From Octopus sinensis (lineage: Eukaryota), in NCBI RefSeq assembly GCF_006345805.1, contig NW_021831866.1:687-64686 (forward strand): a stretch of 64,000 nt of DNA, written 5' to 3'. Position 1 is the first letter of the stretch. Every line of letters begins with the position of its first letter. Under the pieces are notes generated by a model that searched no databases, was not told where the DNA came from, and saw nothing but the letters and a program-made list of their open reading frames with translations. The translations under genes were made by a program, and so were the position numbers. Below are positions 41,380 through 54,577 of this stretch, piece by piece.

Positions 41380-41714
41380 ATAGGGTGGATGATTTGGATA
41401 CTGAACATGTATGGTTTCAACAGAATAGGGCCACAACCCACACAACATGATGTTCACTCAGAGTGTTGAGGGAAATGTTTCCTGGGCGTTTGATCTCTTT
41501 AAGGAAAGAGTTTGAGCGGCTGGCAAGGATACTAGATTTAAACCCTTGTAACTTTTTCCATTAGAGATACCTAAAGGAAAAGGTTTTCTGATATCGCCCT
41601 TGAACTCTTGAGGATTTAAAGGGAAGGATCAGAAAGGAAATCGACACAATTCTACCTGAGATGCCGTGGTGAGTCATGAAGAACTTCTAGGAACGACTCC
41701 ATCAATGCATTGTA
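41380..41714 (+). pseudogene. Tc1/mariner (DD37D-like) transposase C-terminal remnant
   Basis: One frame: VWFQQNRATTHTT*CSLRVLREMFPGRLISLR..LDLNPCNFFH*RYLKEKVF*YRP*TLEDLKGRIRKEIDTILPEM..NF*ERLHQCI. Confidence 0.9.
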
Positions 41715-42428
41715 AAATCCATTAAAACAAAAATATTTTAATGTACTTTTTAAAAATATAATCAGTTTTTCCTTGATAAATGCGTTCTTTTTTAATATCC
41801 ATTCAAAATGTGGGAGATTTCTATGTCCCACCATATACAATACAATTGTATATTCACAAATCACTGCAAATAAAGAAAGCTAGCTCATCAGATCATCAGA
41901 ACATTATGGTTACATCAATGTGGGTGATGTGCAATATATAGCCACCCCTCAGATAGTTGTTCTCAGACTACTAGACGTTCACTCATGTTCATGGAAAACT
42001 TTGAATTTCTGACTTGGTAGGAAGACTGTTCTAGTTAAAACCTACATGGCGAGAGCCTGTTCCCACTGATCCGAGCACATCTCGAAAAAATAGCCAAAGT
42101 CTCCAACAGCGGAACATAGGGTATGAAGACCTAGGTTCTCAACAGCAGAAGTGGCAGAAGAGAGCAATGCCAAACGGACAGGTTATGAAGACGCAGCTCA
42201 AGAAATACTTGGGTCGGTGGCAGTTCGTTGCTGTTTCATAGCCAGATTCTGCATGTCATTTTCCACACTTGCTACTGAGAATGTCTTCGATTTGATAGTG
42301 CGTGGATCACTTCCTGTGAAGTCTGGATTCAACTCAACCAAAACTAAGCCATCGGCATTTCTTCACCGAAGAAAGAAATAGTAGGAAACGAGAAGGAGAC
42401 GACGACAGATATATATATTTATATATGT

Positions 42429-42470
<42 letters not shown>

Positions 42471-42785
42471 AAAAGTATGGGGGTTTACATGACTTGAGTT
42501 GTTTGTCTTGCCTTAGCGTTTGTCATCCTCTTTAACACACACACACACACATATATGCATAGTGAATTCAGACATGTTCCTTTTTTCCTCCTTTTTTCCC
42601 CTCTTTCCATCGGGTTTTTTCTTATTTATTTCCGCAGAAAAGCTTAGGCTCGAAACGTCAAAAACTAAGGCTACCATTGGTTTCACGTTAAGAAAAGTAA
42701 GAAAATATCCTAGTCTCTTAACAATTTTTCATGCTGGTCACATGGAGAAAGGTGCTCGCCTCCATTTTGGAAAACATAGTCTCCT

Positions 42786-42826
<41 letters not shown>

Positions 42827-43189
42827 TCTAGTCTTTTTTTTACTTGTTTCCGTCATTTGACTGCGGCCATGCTAACACCCTGAAAGGATGTTAGCCAAAT
42901 AAATCAACCCCAGGACTTATTATTATTTGTAAGCCTAGTACTTATTCTGTCGATCTCTTTTGCCGAGTGCTAGTAACGGGGACGCAGATACACCAGCATC
43001 GGTTGTCAAGCGATGGTGGGGTGCGGGTGGAAGCACACACACACACGCACACACACACACACACACAAATATATACATTATATAAATAGTTAGAATTTAC
43101 AAAAAAAAAACAACAAAAAAACAAAAGACGAAGACGGTGTGAAAACGGCAAACAGATGTATTAGTTTAACGCTCGGGAAGTGAGAAAGT

Positions 43190-43225
43190 CTTTTATGTTT
43201 CGAGCCTACGCTCTTCGTCAGAAAG
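43190..43225 (-). ncRNA. 36-nt ultra-minimal type I hammerhead (predicted)
   Basis: CUUU-CUGACGA-A-GAGC(guag)GCUC-GAAAC-AUA-AAAG. Core and stems I and II perfect; AUA instead of GUA at the cleavage triplet. Confidence 0.55.
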
Positions 43226-43843
43226 GAACAGAGAAACAAGCAGGGAGAGAGAGAAGAAAAAAAAATTTAGTGGCTAAGAAGAAACGACAACAGGAAAATC
43301 AGAAAGAAAAAAAAAAAAACAAAAGTTCAGAAAAGTTCAAAAGAGTCAAACGTCGTGGTGTATTGGAGCGATTTCTCATCAACGGAAGAGCCAAGTGTAA
43401 TCCATGTGAAAACCAGGCGGGACGGGCTTCTTTGAGTTTCTGTCTACCAAATCCAGTCGGCCCGAGGTTATAGAAGAAGAGACTTGCCCAAGGTGCTACG
43501 CAGTGGGACTGAACCCGGAACCATGTGGTTGGTAAGCAAGCTACTTACCACACAACCACTCGTATAATATATATTTCCATATAAACCTGTTGTGCGTGAT
43601 TTTGATGGGTTTGTGTATGAGTTCGTTGATAGACGTACGAGCAATGGAGGAAAACCAGTAAAATAAAAATCAGACACACACACACACCAGAGAATCAAGA
43701 GATGTGTGATGGTTGAAATAGTCAGCAGCAATAATAACAATACGAACAAAAAACATCAGTAACAATAGTCATAACAATAAAAGCGACATGGAAGTCAAAA
43801 CCAGTAAAGTGTATATTGTATATACGCTTAAAAAGGGTTTGAT

Positions 43844-43884
<41 letters not shown>

Positions 43885-44035
43885 GTTTAAATAATGACTG
43901 ATTAAACACAACAACGGCAGTTTAACGAGTGACAATGGGACAGATGTGTGGAACAATGAAAGGTTATTAAGTAGAGACAGACAGACAGATAGATAGACAG
44001 AAAGAAAGGGAGGAGGACTAAAGAGTGAGTGACAG

Positions 44036-44073
<38 letters not shown>

Positions 44074-44231
44074 AGGGAGAGAGAGCGCGTGGGGGTTTAC
44101 GTTCGTCTCATGGTTTCACTCATAGGTTTGACTTCTCCCAAAGATGTCTTTCACAATCTAGCTCTCTGTTGGCCTGAGTGTCTGTCTGTCCGGTTGTCTA
44201 TCGGTATGTTAGACGTGGGCATTGTGTGCTT

Positions 44232-44278
<47 letters not shown>

Positions 44279-46108
44279 TAGATGGTTCTGATCCTCAATT
44301 ACTCCTGGTTTCTGCTTTCTCTTTCTCTCTCTCGCTCTCTCTCTCTCTCTCCCCCTCTCTCTCTCCCGCATATACGTATACATATGTGTATAGATGTATG
44401 TGTACGTATACAGAAAATAAGTATAGTCTATGGAAAGAAATATGTACACACGTCTGTGTATACGAGTTATTTCAGTACATGCTTGCGCAAGTATATGTGT
44501 ATAAACGAGTGTGTGTGTGTGTGTGTACACATGAGGAACATTTTAACCATCCGAGTATTTAAATTATATATAATTAAAGTATGGTTATGGTAGGGTGAGG
44601 AGAGAAACAATCTTAGATGACTCAGAGGGGGATAAGGGGGAGGAAATGAGGGAGAGAGAATGTGAGAGAGGGAGAGTGAGGCTGAGAGTTAGAAAGAGAG
44701 ACAGATAGAGGTAAAGAAAAGGAAGAAAAAGAAGCTAAATAATGGCATACCACGTCGACATTTTCACACACATGTACTGGTACACAAAGTGATCACACAC
44801 ACACGCACATATTCATGAACACGCTTACGTACATACATACATAAATACATACACACATACTCACACAGAGGTAACATATGAATTAATGATAGATCACGTG
44901 ATAAGATCGAAAAAAGGAAAAGAGAAAAAGGGAAAGAGATGAAGAGGAAAAGCAGAATACGTAATTAAAGAAAATTCAACGGTGTGTATGTGTGTGTGTG
45001 TGTGTGTGTGTACATATGTATGCGTGTGTCTGCGTTTGTTGACACCGCTTGTAGGTTCGGCCACGTCCCCATATCAGCGGTTCGACAAAAGTGACCGATA
45101 AAATCAGTACAGGACTTAAAAATACTAGATGGTGGTGACGGGGCGTGGGGGTCAATTTATTCGACTAAAACATACCTCCAAGGCGATGCACCAACATGGT
45201 CGCAGTCCAATAACCGAAACAAGAAAAATATTAAGATGTCTTACAGATCAGGCAAGAAATTGATTGTTCAGGTAGCTATTAAGAAATAATGTTTAAGAAT
45301 GTATGGCTCTGTGGTTCGTTTCCCAGTCAAGGAACCAATAGCACAACGCTCAAACGATTCTACGAATTTACTACGTGATATATTGCAAATCATATATATA
45401 TATATACATACAAAATGAGACAAGAACGCAAAACATCCAGACAGTTAGGTGATACAAAAAAAGAGAAAACAAAACATTCAGATAGACGATACAAAGAAAA
45501 CAAGGACGGGTCATTCGGAGTTTTCTTTCCTCAGTCGAGTTTCAGATTATCTTTGCAATTTCGGCTGGTTATACTCGAGATTGCTCTAGTCTGGCTAGCC
45601 TCAAGGAAAAATTAAGCTAAGAGTATTAGATCCCTTGGAAGAGAGTAGCGACTGTATACGAAAACAAGGACGGATAGAAAACGGAGAATGTTACACAAAT
45701 ACAAACAACAGGACATAATAACAGGTGTGCTTCGACTAAGGACGAATTAAATTACGCTGACGTGTGTAGAAGTAAAAGCTATAGTAGAAGACACCTGCCC
45801 AATGTGCCACGCAGTGGGAGTGAACCCAGGATCATGTGGTTGGTAAGCAAGCTACTTACCACACAGCCTCTCCTGGATTATATATATATATATATATATA
45901 TATATAAGTTAATCCAAACATGAAAACACAAAGAGAAAACACAACAACGCGAGAACGTGGAACAAATATAGTATTATTGGACGCTCAGGAAGGAAGGGAA
46001 GAAGGAGGGTTTTACGTTTCGAGCGGAAACATAGGAAAAGGAAAGATCCAGAGAAAGGAAGACGGAGGAAAAAAAATCACACGCGGTCACATTTATATAT
46101 ATATATAT

Positions 46109-46351
46109 GTAAATATAATATGTGACAATTATTCGGTAGCCAAGATAAAACTCCGAGTTTCGGATGCCGAGGTGGAAATTCACGCCACCATCTCTTCAGT
46201 TATCCCTGAAGAGATGGTGGCGTGAATTTCCACCTCGGCATCCGAACTCGGAGTTTTAATCTGAAGAGATGGTGGCGTGAATTTCCACCTCGGCATCCGA
46301 AACTCGGAGTTTTATCTTGGCTACCGAATAATTGTCACATATTATATTTAC
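46109..46351. mobile_element. Fold-back of Penelope-like pLTR-type repeats: one inverted plus two tandem hammerhead units
   Basis: 46109-46199 is the reverse complement of 46261-46351; an extra 55-bp unit lies at 46206-46260. Confidence 0.85.
46143..46205 (-). ncRNA. Type I hammerhead ribozyme (predicted, complete)
   Basis: GGAUAA-CUGAAGA-GAUG-GUGG(cgugaauuu)CCAC-cucgg-CAUC-C-GAAAC-UCGGA-GUU-UUAUCU. 5-bp Watson-Crick stem I plus a G-U pair; near-palindromic AACUCGGAGUU helix III. Confidence 0.7.
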
Positions 46352-46763
46352 AGATAAATTCCTCTATTTACATAATATCGAGGTCTCTTTCTTTCTTTCT
46401 TTCTTTCTTTCTTTTTGTTATATATGTATGTGTGTGTATATGTTTGTGTGTGTGTGTTTGTCTCCACAATATCGCTTGACAACCGATGGTGGTGTGTTTA
46501 CATCCCCTGTAACTTAGTCCGCCCCATCAACCTATATACCTACCTACCTACACCACACACACACACACACATATATATATAGGTAGGTAGGTATAGGTAT
46601 GGTGATGCAATCAGGAAAAATATGACTATATGTATATTTTTACTGATATTTGACGGGTGCAACGGTTTCGAACTAAATTGCCAACGCACGAAACTCTCGG
46701 ACCGTAAGTCACTCTGTGGCTCCTGCTAAAATATTAATGTGTGTGTGTGTGTGTGTGTTAAAG

Positions 46764-46814
<51 letters not shown>

Positions 46815-47870
46815 AGAGAGAAAGCATGGGGGAGTAGAGAGATACATAGATGAATATATAGAAATATAGATAGACAGAAAGATAAAGTGATAAAGAAATA
46901 GAGATAGAGAATAATACATACACACATATATACAGAGAGAGAGAGAGAGAGAGAGAGAAGAGAGAGAGGGGGGAGAGAGAGAGAAATGGTGAGATAGATA
47001 GAAAATTCGATAAGCACATAAATAGGTAGATGATTGCAAAATAGCTTAATTGATAAAAAGATTAGATAGGTATAAACATAGGTAGATAAATAGCCAGCCA
47101 GCCAGTAGGCCAGCCAGCAGGCCAACCAGACAGACGGATGAATAGATAGATAGACAGGTATAGTTAGGTAGACAGACATAGGATAGAAAGACAGATATAG
47201 GATCAATAGACAGCTACGTTGGTAGACAGGGAAAAGAGTAGAAAGTAAACTAATAATAATAAATAAATAAATAATAAAAGTGGGAATAGATAGAAAGAGA
47301 AAGGAGTGGGAGGAGGAGAAGTGCAAATAAGATTGACACTTCCGGATATGATTAACAAAATAACGACCGCCATTGCCTCCTAAGAGTGACTTTATATTTG
47401 ACGTTAAAGTACAGTGACTGGGAATTTGGCGACACACGGACAAACTGTATTGGTGGTTGATGTTGTTGTTGTTTAACCCCAGGTCTACTCTGATTGAGCA
47501 GAGCTATGATAGATTCTAGATATTCCAGCAATGACCATCCTGTCTTTTTAAGAATATGTAAGATTAAACAATCGAATGTCTTACATTTCATTAAGGGTGT
47601 CTTTTAAAGGAGTTTTGGTTGCTATTTTTAGCTTATCAAGTGACCGCTTAACGGCCTTGCTTTTGTGTTTTTGTTGTTGTGTAGTCCCAGGTCTGCACTT
47701 ATGATAGATCAGAGACATCCCAGTCATGACCATCCTGTCTTTTTAAGAGCATCTAAGATTGTCTTGCTTTTTATTTCGCTGGTCCTTGGGCAAGTGTCTC
47801 CTACAATAACCTCAGGCCGACCAAAGCCTTGTGAGTGGATTTGGTAGATGGAAACTGAAAGAGGCCCGTC

Positions 47871-47907
<37 letters not shown>

Positions 47908-48329
47908 GTCCGTGTTTGTACCTCCATGTTAGTGTTTATATCCTCGTAACTTAGCGTTTCGGCAAAAAAACCGATAGAATAAGTGCTTGGCGTACAAAGA
48001 ATAAGTCCTGGGGTCGATTCGTTCGACTAAATTCGGTGCCGAAGCATGGTCGCAGTCAAATGGCTGAAACAAGTAAAATCATATATTTTGTGTGTGTGTG
48101 TGTTATGCTTGTCCTCCAACAATGCTTGAAACCGTAGTTGACTTGTTAACGTCTGCGTAACTTAACGGTTCGACAAATAAGATGCGATACAATAAGGATA
48201 GTTTTTAAAATAAGTACTGGGACACATTTGTTCGACTAAATTAGTGTTTCTCAACCATTTTTGCCCATGGACCCTTGGTGGATTACCAGAGATGGTTAGA
48301 GCATCGGAAATAGCGCACTAGCGTATTTA

Positions 48330-49830
48330 CTCTTTTGCTTGTTTCAGTCATTTGATTGCTGGAGCACAGCCTTTAGTCGAAGAAATCGACACCAGGACTT
48401 ATTCTTTGTAAGCCTAGTACTTATTCCACCGAGGTCAACTTTTTCGAGCATCCTTTTGGAGGTCGATAAATAAAGTACCAGCGGAAATCTTGGCTCGATT
48501 TAATCGGTTCTTCCTCCTCTAAATTTTAGGATTTGTACCTAAATTTAAAAAAAAACTTTCTAAATTCGGCACAATGCCAGCAATTTTAGGGAAGTGGGTT
48601 AGTTCAATTACATGGACCCCATGCTCAATTGGTGCTTATTTTACCGACTTCGAAAGGATGAAAGGTAAAGTCAACCTCGGCGGAATTTGAATTCAGAACA
48701 TAAAGACGGAATAAATGGCGCTAAGCATTTCGTCCGGTGTGTTAACGATTCTGCCAGCTGGCCGCCTTTAATAATAAGAATAATAATGATAATAATAATC
48801 CTTTCTACTATAGGCACAAGTCCCGGATTTTCTGATGAGAGGGACAGTCGATTACATCGACCCCACTGTTCAACTGGTTCCTATTTTATCAACCTGAAAG
48901 GATGACAGGCAAAGTCACCCCGGCGGAATTTGAACACACAATGTAAGGACAGACGAAATGCCGCGAAGCATTTTTTCCCGGTGTATTAACGAGTCTGCCA
49001 GCTCGCCGATTTGATAATAATAACGATAATAAGAATCATTTCTACTGGAAGCATAAGGCCTCATATTTGGGGGAAGGGATTAAGTCGACTGCATCGACCC
49101 CAGTGCATAACTGGTACTTATTTAATCGACCTCGAAAGTATGAAAGGCAAAGTCGACCTCGGTGGAATTTGAACTCAGAACATAAAGACGGACGAAATAC
49201 CTATTTCTTTACTACCTACAAGGGGCTAAACACAGAGGAGACAAACAAGGACAGACAGACGGATTAAGTCGATTATATCGACCCCAGTGAGTAACTGGTA
49301 CTTAATTTATCGACCCCGAAAAAATGAAAGGCAAAGTCGACCTCGGCGGAATTTGAACTCAGAACGTAACGGAAGACGAAATACGGCTACGCAATTCGCC
49401 CGGCGTGCTAATGGTTCTGCCAGCTCGCCGCCTTGGTAGTAGTAGTAGTAGTAATAATAATAATAATACGTGGAACAAATTGAGGCTGCAATAAGGGTAG
49501 ATCACTTGCAGAAAACAGTACTGCTTGGAACCGCCCGAATACTCTGGAAGGTGCTCGAAAAATAAGGTGTTACCTGAGTTCACTGGTAGTGAACAGCTGA
49601 TACTGTAGTACCTCACAGCGTTAGAAGCTGTGCAAAGATGATGATGATGATGATAATGATAATAATAATAATAATAATAATATCAATGGAAGCACAAAGC
49701 CTCAGATTTGGGGGAAAGGATTAAGTCGATTACATTGACTCCAGGGCATAACTGGTACTTATTTAATCGACCCCGAAAGTATGAAAGGTAAAGTTGACCT
49801 CGGCGGAATTTGAACTCAGAACGTAAAGAC
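48330..49830 (-). mobile_element. Cluster of SINE family A/B copies, mostly on the minus strand
   Basis: Repeated GGATGAAAGGCAAAGTCGACCTCGGCGGAATTTGAACTCAGAAC blocks separated by (ATA)n; a reiterated body at about 49075-49430. Confidence 0.8.
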
Positions 49831-50579
49831 GTAAAGCGAAATGCTGCTAAGCATTTTGCCCCGCATACTAACAACAACAACAATAAAGATAATAATAATA
49901 GGGCAGCGAATTGGCTGAATCGGAATTGGCTGAATCACCGTTCTGCGAATGCCTGCAAAGGTCCATGGACACTCTCCTTTCTTCCAGTCTCAAGAAGAGG
50001 AGACAAAATAACGAAGGAAATGATTTAAAAATCATTGACCTAAAAATTAGACGGGAACATCGAGGTCACGGAATTGACCAAAATCAAACAGAAAAAGATT
50101 AAACTGTTAAGGTAAGAAACTCCAAAATGAAGTAGAAAAGTAGAAAAGAGAACTAGTTAACAAAGAGATCGATATTAAAGACGATATTCAATGTAGAAAA
50201 TAATATTATAGTCCTTGCTATAGTAAACTACAACTTCATCGTAAACTGGAAAATGTGTGAATTTAGAGAGCAAAATAAACAGGAAGTTACTTAGAGAGTT
50301 CTGAAGCCACCATTCTAAATTTGATATTGATATGATATACTTGCCGCACGGAGAAGATTGAAGTGTGGTTGATACGAATAGAAAACTAATAAAAACTTAC
50401 AGCGGACTACAAAAACACAGAGATAAGCAGCAATCAAATTGAACCTGATTAGTACAAGAAAACATGAGAAGTTTCTCAGTATACGACATAATAATTATGG
50501 GCAAATTGTTGTTTAGCAGATGTTAGAGTTATAGAGTGCGATAGAGAGAGGACGTTTGAACCGATCTTCAGCGTCAGCC

Positions 50580-50910
50580 TAAATATTGTCGGTATTTTTC
50601 TACTGACTCAGAGCGTAAAGATTTTATTGTATCTGGGGACATATTTTATTGCGACTTCCAGCTGATATTAGGATCATATGGCTTTTAATTGAAATGCAGG
50701 AAATTTTCTCTAACGAGTCAATCAGATATCGCAAATAGCAATACATTTGTTGTATCAGTACTGAAAAATGTGTATCAGGATAATAATCTTGTTGGAAGAC
50801 CGGAGCGCCGGAATGGCAGCCATATTTTTTGTAAGTCTCGCGTAATAAATATTCCTTGCTCGTTTCAGCTTTGTTCACAAGAACTCTGTACGTTACATTT
50901 TCGCCAATGT
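50580..50910 (-). pseudogene. Possible Penelope-like element GIY-YIG endonuclease remnant
   Basis: ENVTYRVLVNKAETSKEY....ETYKK..H resembles N.VY.A.V.....YIG....FK.R..H; later PNISWK and VEKY appear in another frame; followed by a hammerhead relic. Weak, by-eye similarity. Confidence 0.35.
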
Positions 50911-51203
50911 TTGAGTATTTATGGCCCTCATTGAGTCGATGATAAAGAAAGAAGATAGAGAGACCATTCACGTTATTCCTATTCCCACGATCAACTATCA
51001 AATATGAACATTTCCTGTGGCCAAAGCCATATCAGCAGACGACTACCTTATCATTTAGATATTTTCAGGACTAGGCTTCCTTTATGTCTTGACTTATGCA
51101 AGGACTAACTTATGTATGTGTCGATGCATAGATTTACGTATATAAATTTTTACGCTTGTCTATAACTTATTTACGTATGTATGTATAAATAATTATATTT
51201 ACG

Positions 51204-51243
<40 letters not shown>

Positions 51244-51255
51244 AATTATATTTAC

Positions 51256-51290
<35 letters not shown>

Positions 51291-52036
51291 CATATATGCA
51301 CACATACACATATATTTACATATATTTACGTATTTTACGTATATATCCGTAAATATACATATGTATATATATTTTAACACACACACACATATACGCACAC
51401 ACGTATCTACGTATGTATATATATTTAGGTATCCTCTTAATATTCAGTATTTTTTCTGCTCTATGTAAATATGTGTGTGTGGGTGCGCGCGTACGCACAT
51501 GAATATACACACACACATTTATATTTATGTATGTGTTTATCTGTGTATATATGTAGTTATACGTTTCAATATGTATGCATCTCTTTCTTTCTCAGCATGT
51601 ATATATATGTGTGTGTGTGTGTGTTTTGTGCGAATCCTAATTGTGCTTATCTGTATCATTATCTCTATATTTATGTATGTATTCCCGTATGTACACATAC
51701 AGTTATGCATGTATTTACGTATATAACATTCTCGAGCGGAGGCATCAATTTTAGTCAAACGTCTTGCCGTGTCGTCTGCTGTTTCAGAAGATTGCCATAG
51801 CTCTCGTTCGATAAATTTATTGACTGTCCTTCCTTTTTATTATTCACCAGAATCATATCAGCCTCTTTCTTTATCTATCACCTCGGTCCAAAGTATTTCA
51901 CATGAATAAAACTTTGCTTAAACAAGAACTTCTGCAGCCGATACCTAATGATATCTCAAGTATAATGCTGTAAACACGTCACGTCTCAAAATCACCCAAT
52001 ATGTGTACATTCTTAGATTTAAGGGCCCACATTTAA

Positions 52037-52286
52037 CCGTTTTGTTACTGTATTTCTGTTGAAATCTGGCTATCTTTGTTCTTTTGAGATATGGCTAACC
52101 ACTGTTTTAAATGATTTTGAAAATAATTAAGAGTTTAGTAAAACGACTTTGTCCTTATTAACCTGGTCTTCTGAATATACATTAACGTAGAATTTTTATG
52201 CAAAGTTTTAATTTAGAACATTTAAAGACAAGGAGTGTGTGTGACATAGAAGCAGGCTTGTCTCAGGCGGATTGCTGTCAAAAGTG
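52037..52286. mobile_element. piggyBac-type MITE
   Basis: TTAA|CCGTTTTGTTAC ... GCTGTCAAAAGTG|TTAA; degenerate TIRs, TTAA on both sides. Confidence 0.6.
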
Positions 52287-52514
52287 TTAAGATGCGTTAG
52301 TCAAGGTTCGGGAAAATACTAGCTGTTATCCCTCTTGTCGCAGATCGCTTTTCTTAGTTTCCTAATCGCTGTGGAATCTAATGAGACTCGCTTTTCATGC
52401 CTTCTAATCTATTTGGGACTATATCGCCTAGAAACAAATTCAGTGACATGTTCAACCCCAGGACCATCCGAGAGACTAACTGCTCTGCTACATAAAGGTA
52501 AAAACACTACTTAA

Positions 52515-52870
52515 CTCTTTAGCATTTAATCCGGCCATATCAGGCCAAAATATTCAACGGCCCAGATCTGGCCTCTCACACCTACCCTACAATGTCATTG
52601 GAACTTGGAAGCTAACATATAATGCATGATTAATTCAAAAAAATTTGAATAAATAAGCGTTACATTTGGCGGAGCAAGCTGGATGCTAAACAGTGAAACA
52701 GGTCAAATCTGGCACAGATATTCTGCCTGTTTTATGCTCCAATTGGCCAGGTCCGACCTCTCACACTTACCCTACAAGGTAATTCTAAAAATTATCGCAT
52801 CAAAATCTCAAAGTTACAAAATAATGCATGTTTAATTCAAAACCGAAGGAATAAGCTGAATGCTAAAGGG
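52515..52870. mobile_element. piggyBac-type MITE
   Basis: TTAA|CTCTTTAGCATT ... AATGCTAAAGGG|TTAA; internal duplication CCTCTCACAC.TACCCTACAA. Confidence 0.85.
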
Positions 52871-52939
52871 TTAATTCCATGAACCTCTAAATTCACATGC
52901 CTCTTTTGCTTGGCGGATATTTTTAGTTTCCGTAGATAC

Positions 52940-53365
52940 GCAGGAGTGGCTGTGTGGTAAGTAGCTTGCTTACCAACCATATGGTTCCGGGTTCAGTCCC
53001 ACTGCGTGGCACCTTGGGCAAGTGTCTTCTACTAGAGCCTCGGGCCGACCAAAGCCTTGTGAGTGGATTTAGTAGACGGAAACTGAAAGAAGCCCATCGT
53101 ATATATGTATAATATGTTTGTGTGTATGTGTGTGTATGTGTGTGTGTGTATGTATGTGTTTGTATGTCTGTTTGTCCCCCCAACATCGCTTGACAACCGA
53201 TGCTGGTGTGTTTACGTCCCCGTAACTTAGCGGTTCGGCAAAAGAGACCGATAGAATAAGTACTGGGCTTACAAAGAATGAGTCCTGGGGTAGATTTGCT
53301 CGACTAAATAGGTGGTGCTCCAGCATGGCCGCAGTTAAAATGACAAACAAGTAAAAGAATAAAAG
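52940..53365 (+). mobile_element. SINE family A, best-preserved copy
   Basis: CAGGAGTGGCTGTGTGGTAAG..CCGGGTTCAGTCCC (tRNA-like), CACCTTGGGCAAGTGTC core, internal (TG)n, tail CATGGCCGCAGT..GACAAACAAGTAAAAGAAT. Confidence 0.9.
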
Positions 53366-53896
53366 TATACGCCTCTAACGAAAATAATCCTACTCATTGA
53401 GGCGCCAAACAAAACGCCAAAACGGTCGAGTGATTCACGGTTCACAGTTGGTGAACTGAGCAATTGGATTCCTATTTGTGTAAGTCTTTTGGTAGATGTT
53501 CACCACGATAGACTAAACCAGTCATGGTAAACTGCGGCCCGCGAGATTTCTGAATGGCACGCCTGCCTTGAATTTTTTTTATAGTGATATGGTCCGCCAG
53601 GTGGTAAGCTATGTCTCATATGTAAGCTATGTTTCTCAAAAAGATGGTTGCCGAAATCGGGACTAAAACCGTCCAAAGCGGTATTTACAGAAAACCCAGC
53701 CAACCCAAAATTAAAACCTACAGAAGAATAAAATATATGTATGCGGGTGTGCGTGTTTGTGAACATATGCGTGTGAGTGTGTGTGTATTGTATGCTTTGT
53801 CCTTATGTTATCTTTCCACCCACCTGTTGGTCTGTTTGTCAAGGCCTCTATCTGAATAAACGTCTGGCCTTTACGAGTCGCACGTCGCTGTCAAAG

Positions 53897-53933
<37 letters not shown>

Positions 53934-53972
53934 GTGGTCTTTCTATGATTATACATGGATGAGGTATATATA

Positions 53973-54020
<48 letters not shown>

Positions 54021-54160
54021 AAGTGTGTTGAATAACATAGTAGTATGTGGATTGTAATGTATCTTGGTGCTGGTGATTTATCTCATGTCTGAATAACGTG
54101 TGTTTGTATGCGTGTGTAAAGTTACGTGTGTATAAATATACATACAAATATACGTATGTA

Positions 54161-54209
<49 letters not shown>

Positions 54210-54271
54210 ATATACATACACACACGCGTACAAACATGTTTTACACATATATAGGTTTACATACGCACACA

Positions 54272-54311
<40 letters not shown>

Positions 54312-54402
54312 CATAATATACAACACACACGCGCGCGCGTACAAACATGTTTTACACATATATAGGTTTGCGTACGCACACACGTAACTGTATATATAAT
54401 AG

Positions 54403-54456
<54 letters not shown>

Positions 54457-54544
54457 AATAATATACAAATACATATATATATATATATATATGCAATAAA
54501 TATACAAATAAATATATATATATATATTCTTATATATATATATA

Positions 54545-54577
<33 letters not shown>

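Noticed and set aside
41760-42380. Possible hAT transposase C-terminus
   Set aside because: Partial hAT-like words appear on both strands (SGFNSTKTK on plus; SATSAVE..RLSSL-like on minus). These are mutually inconsistent, so it is not called.
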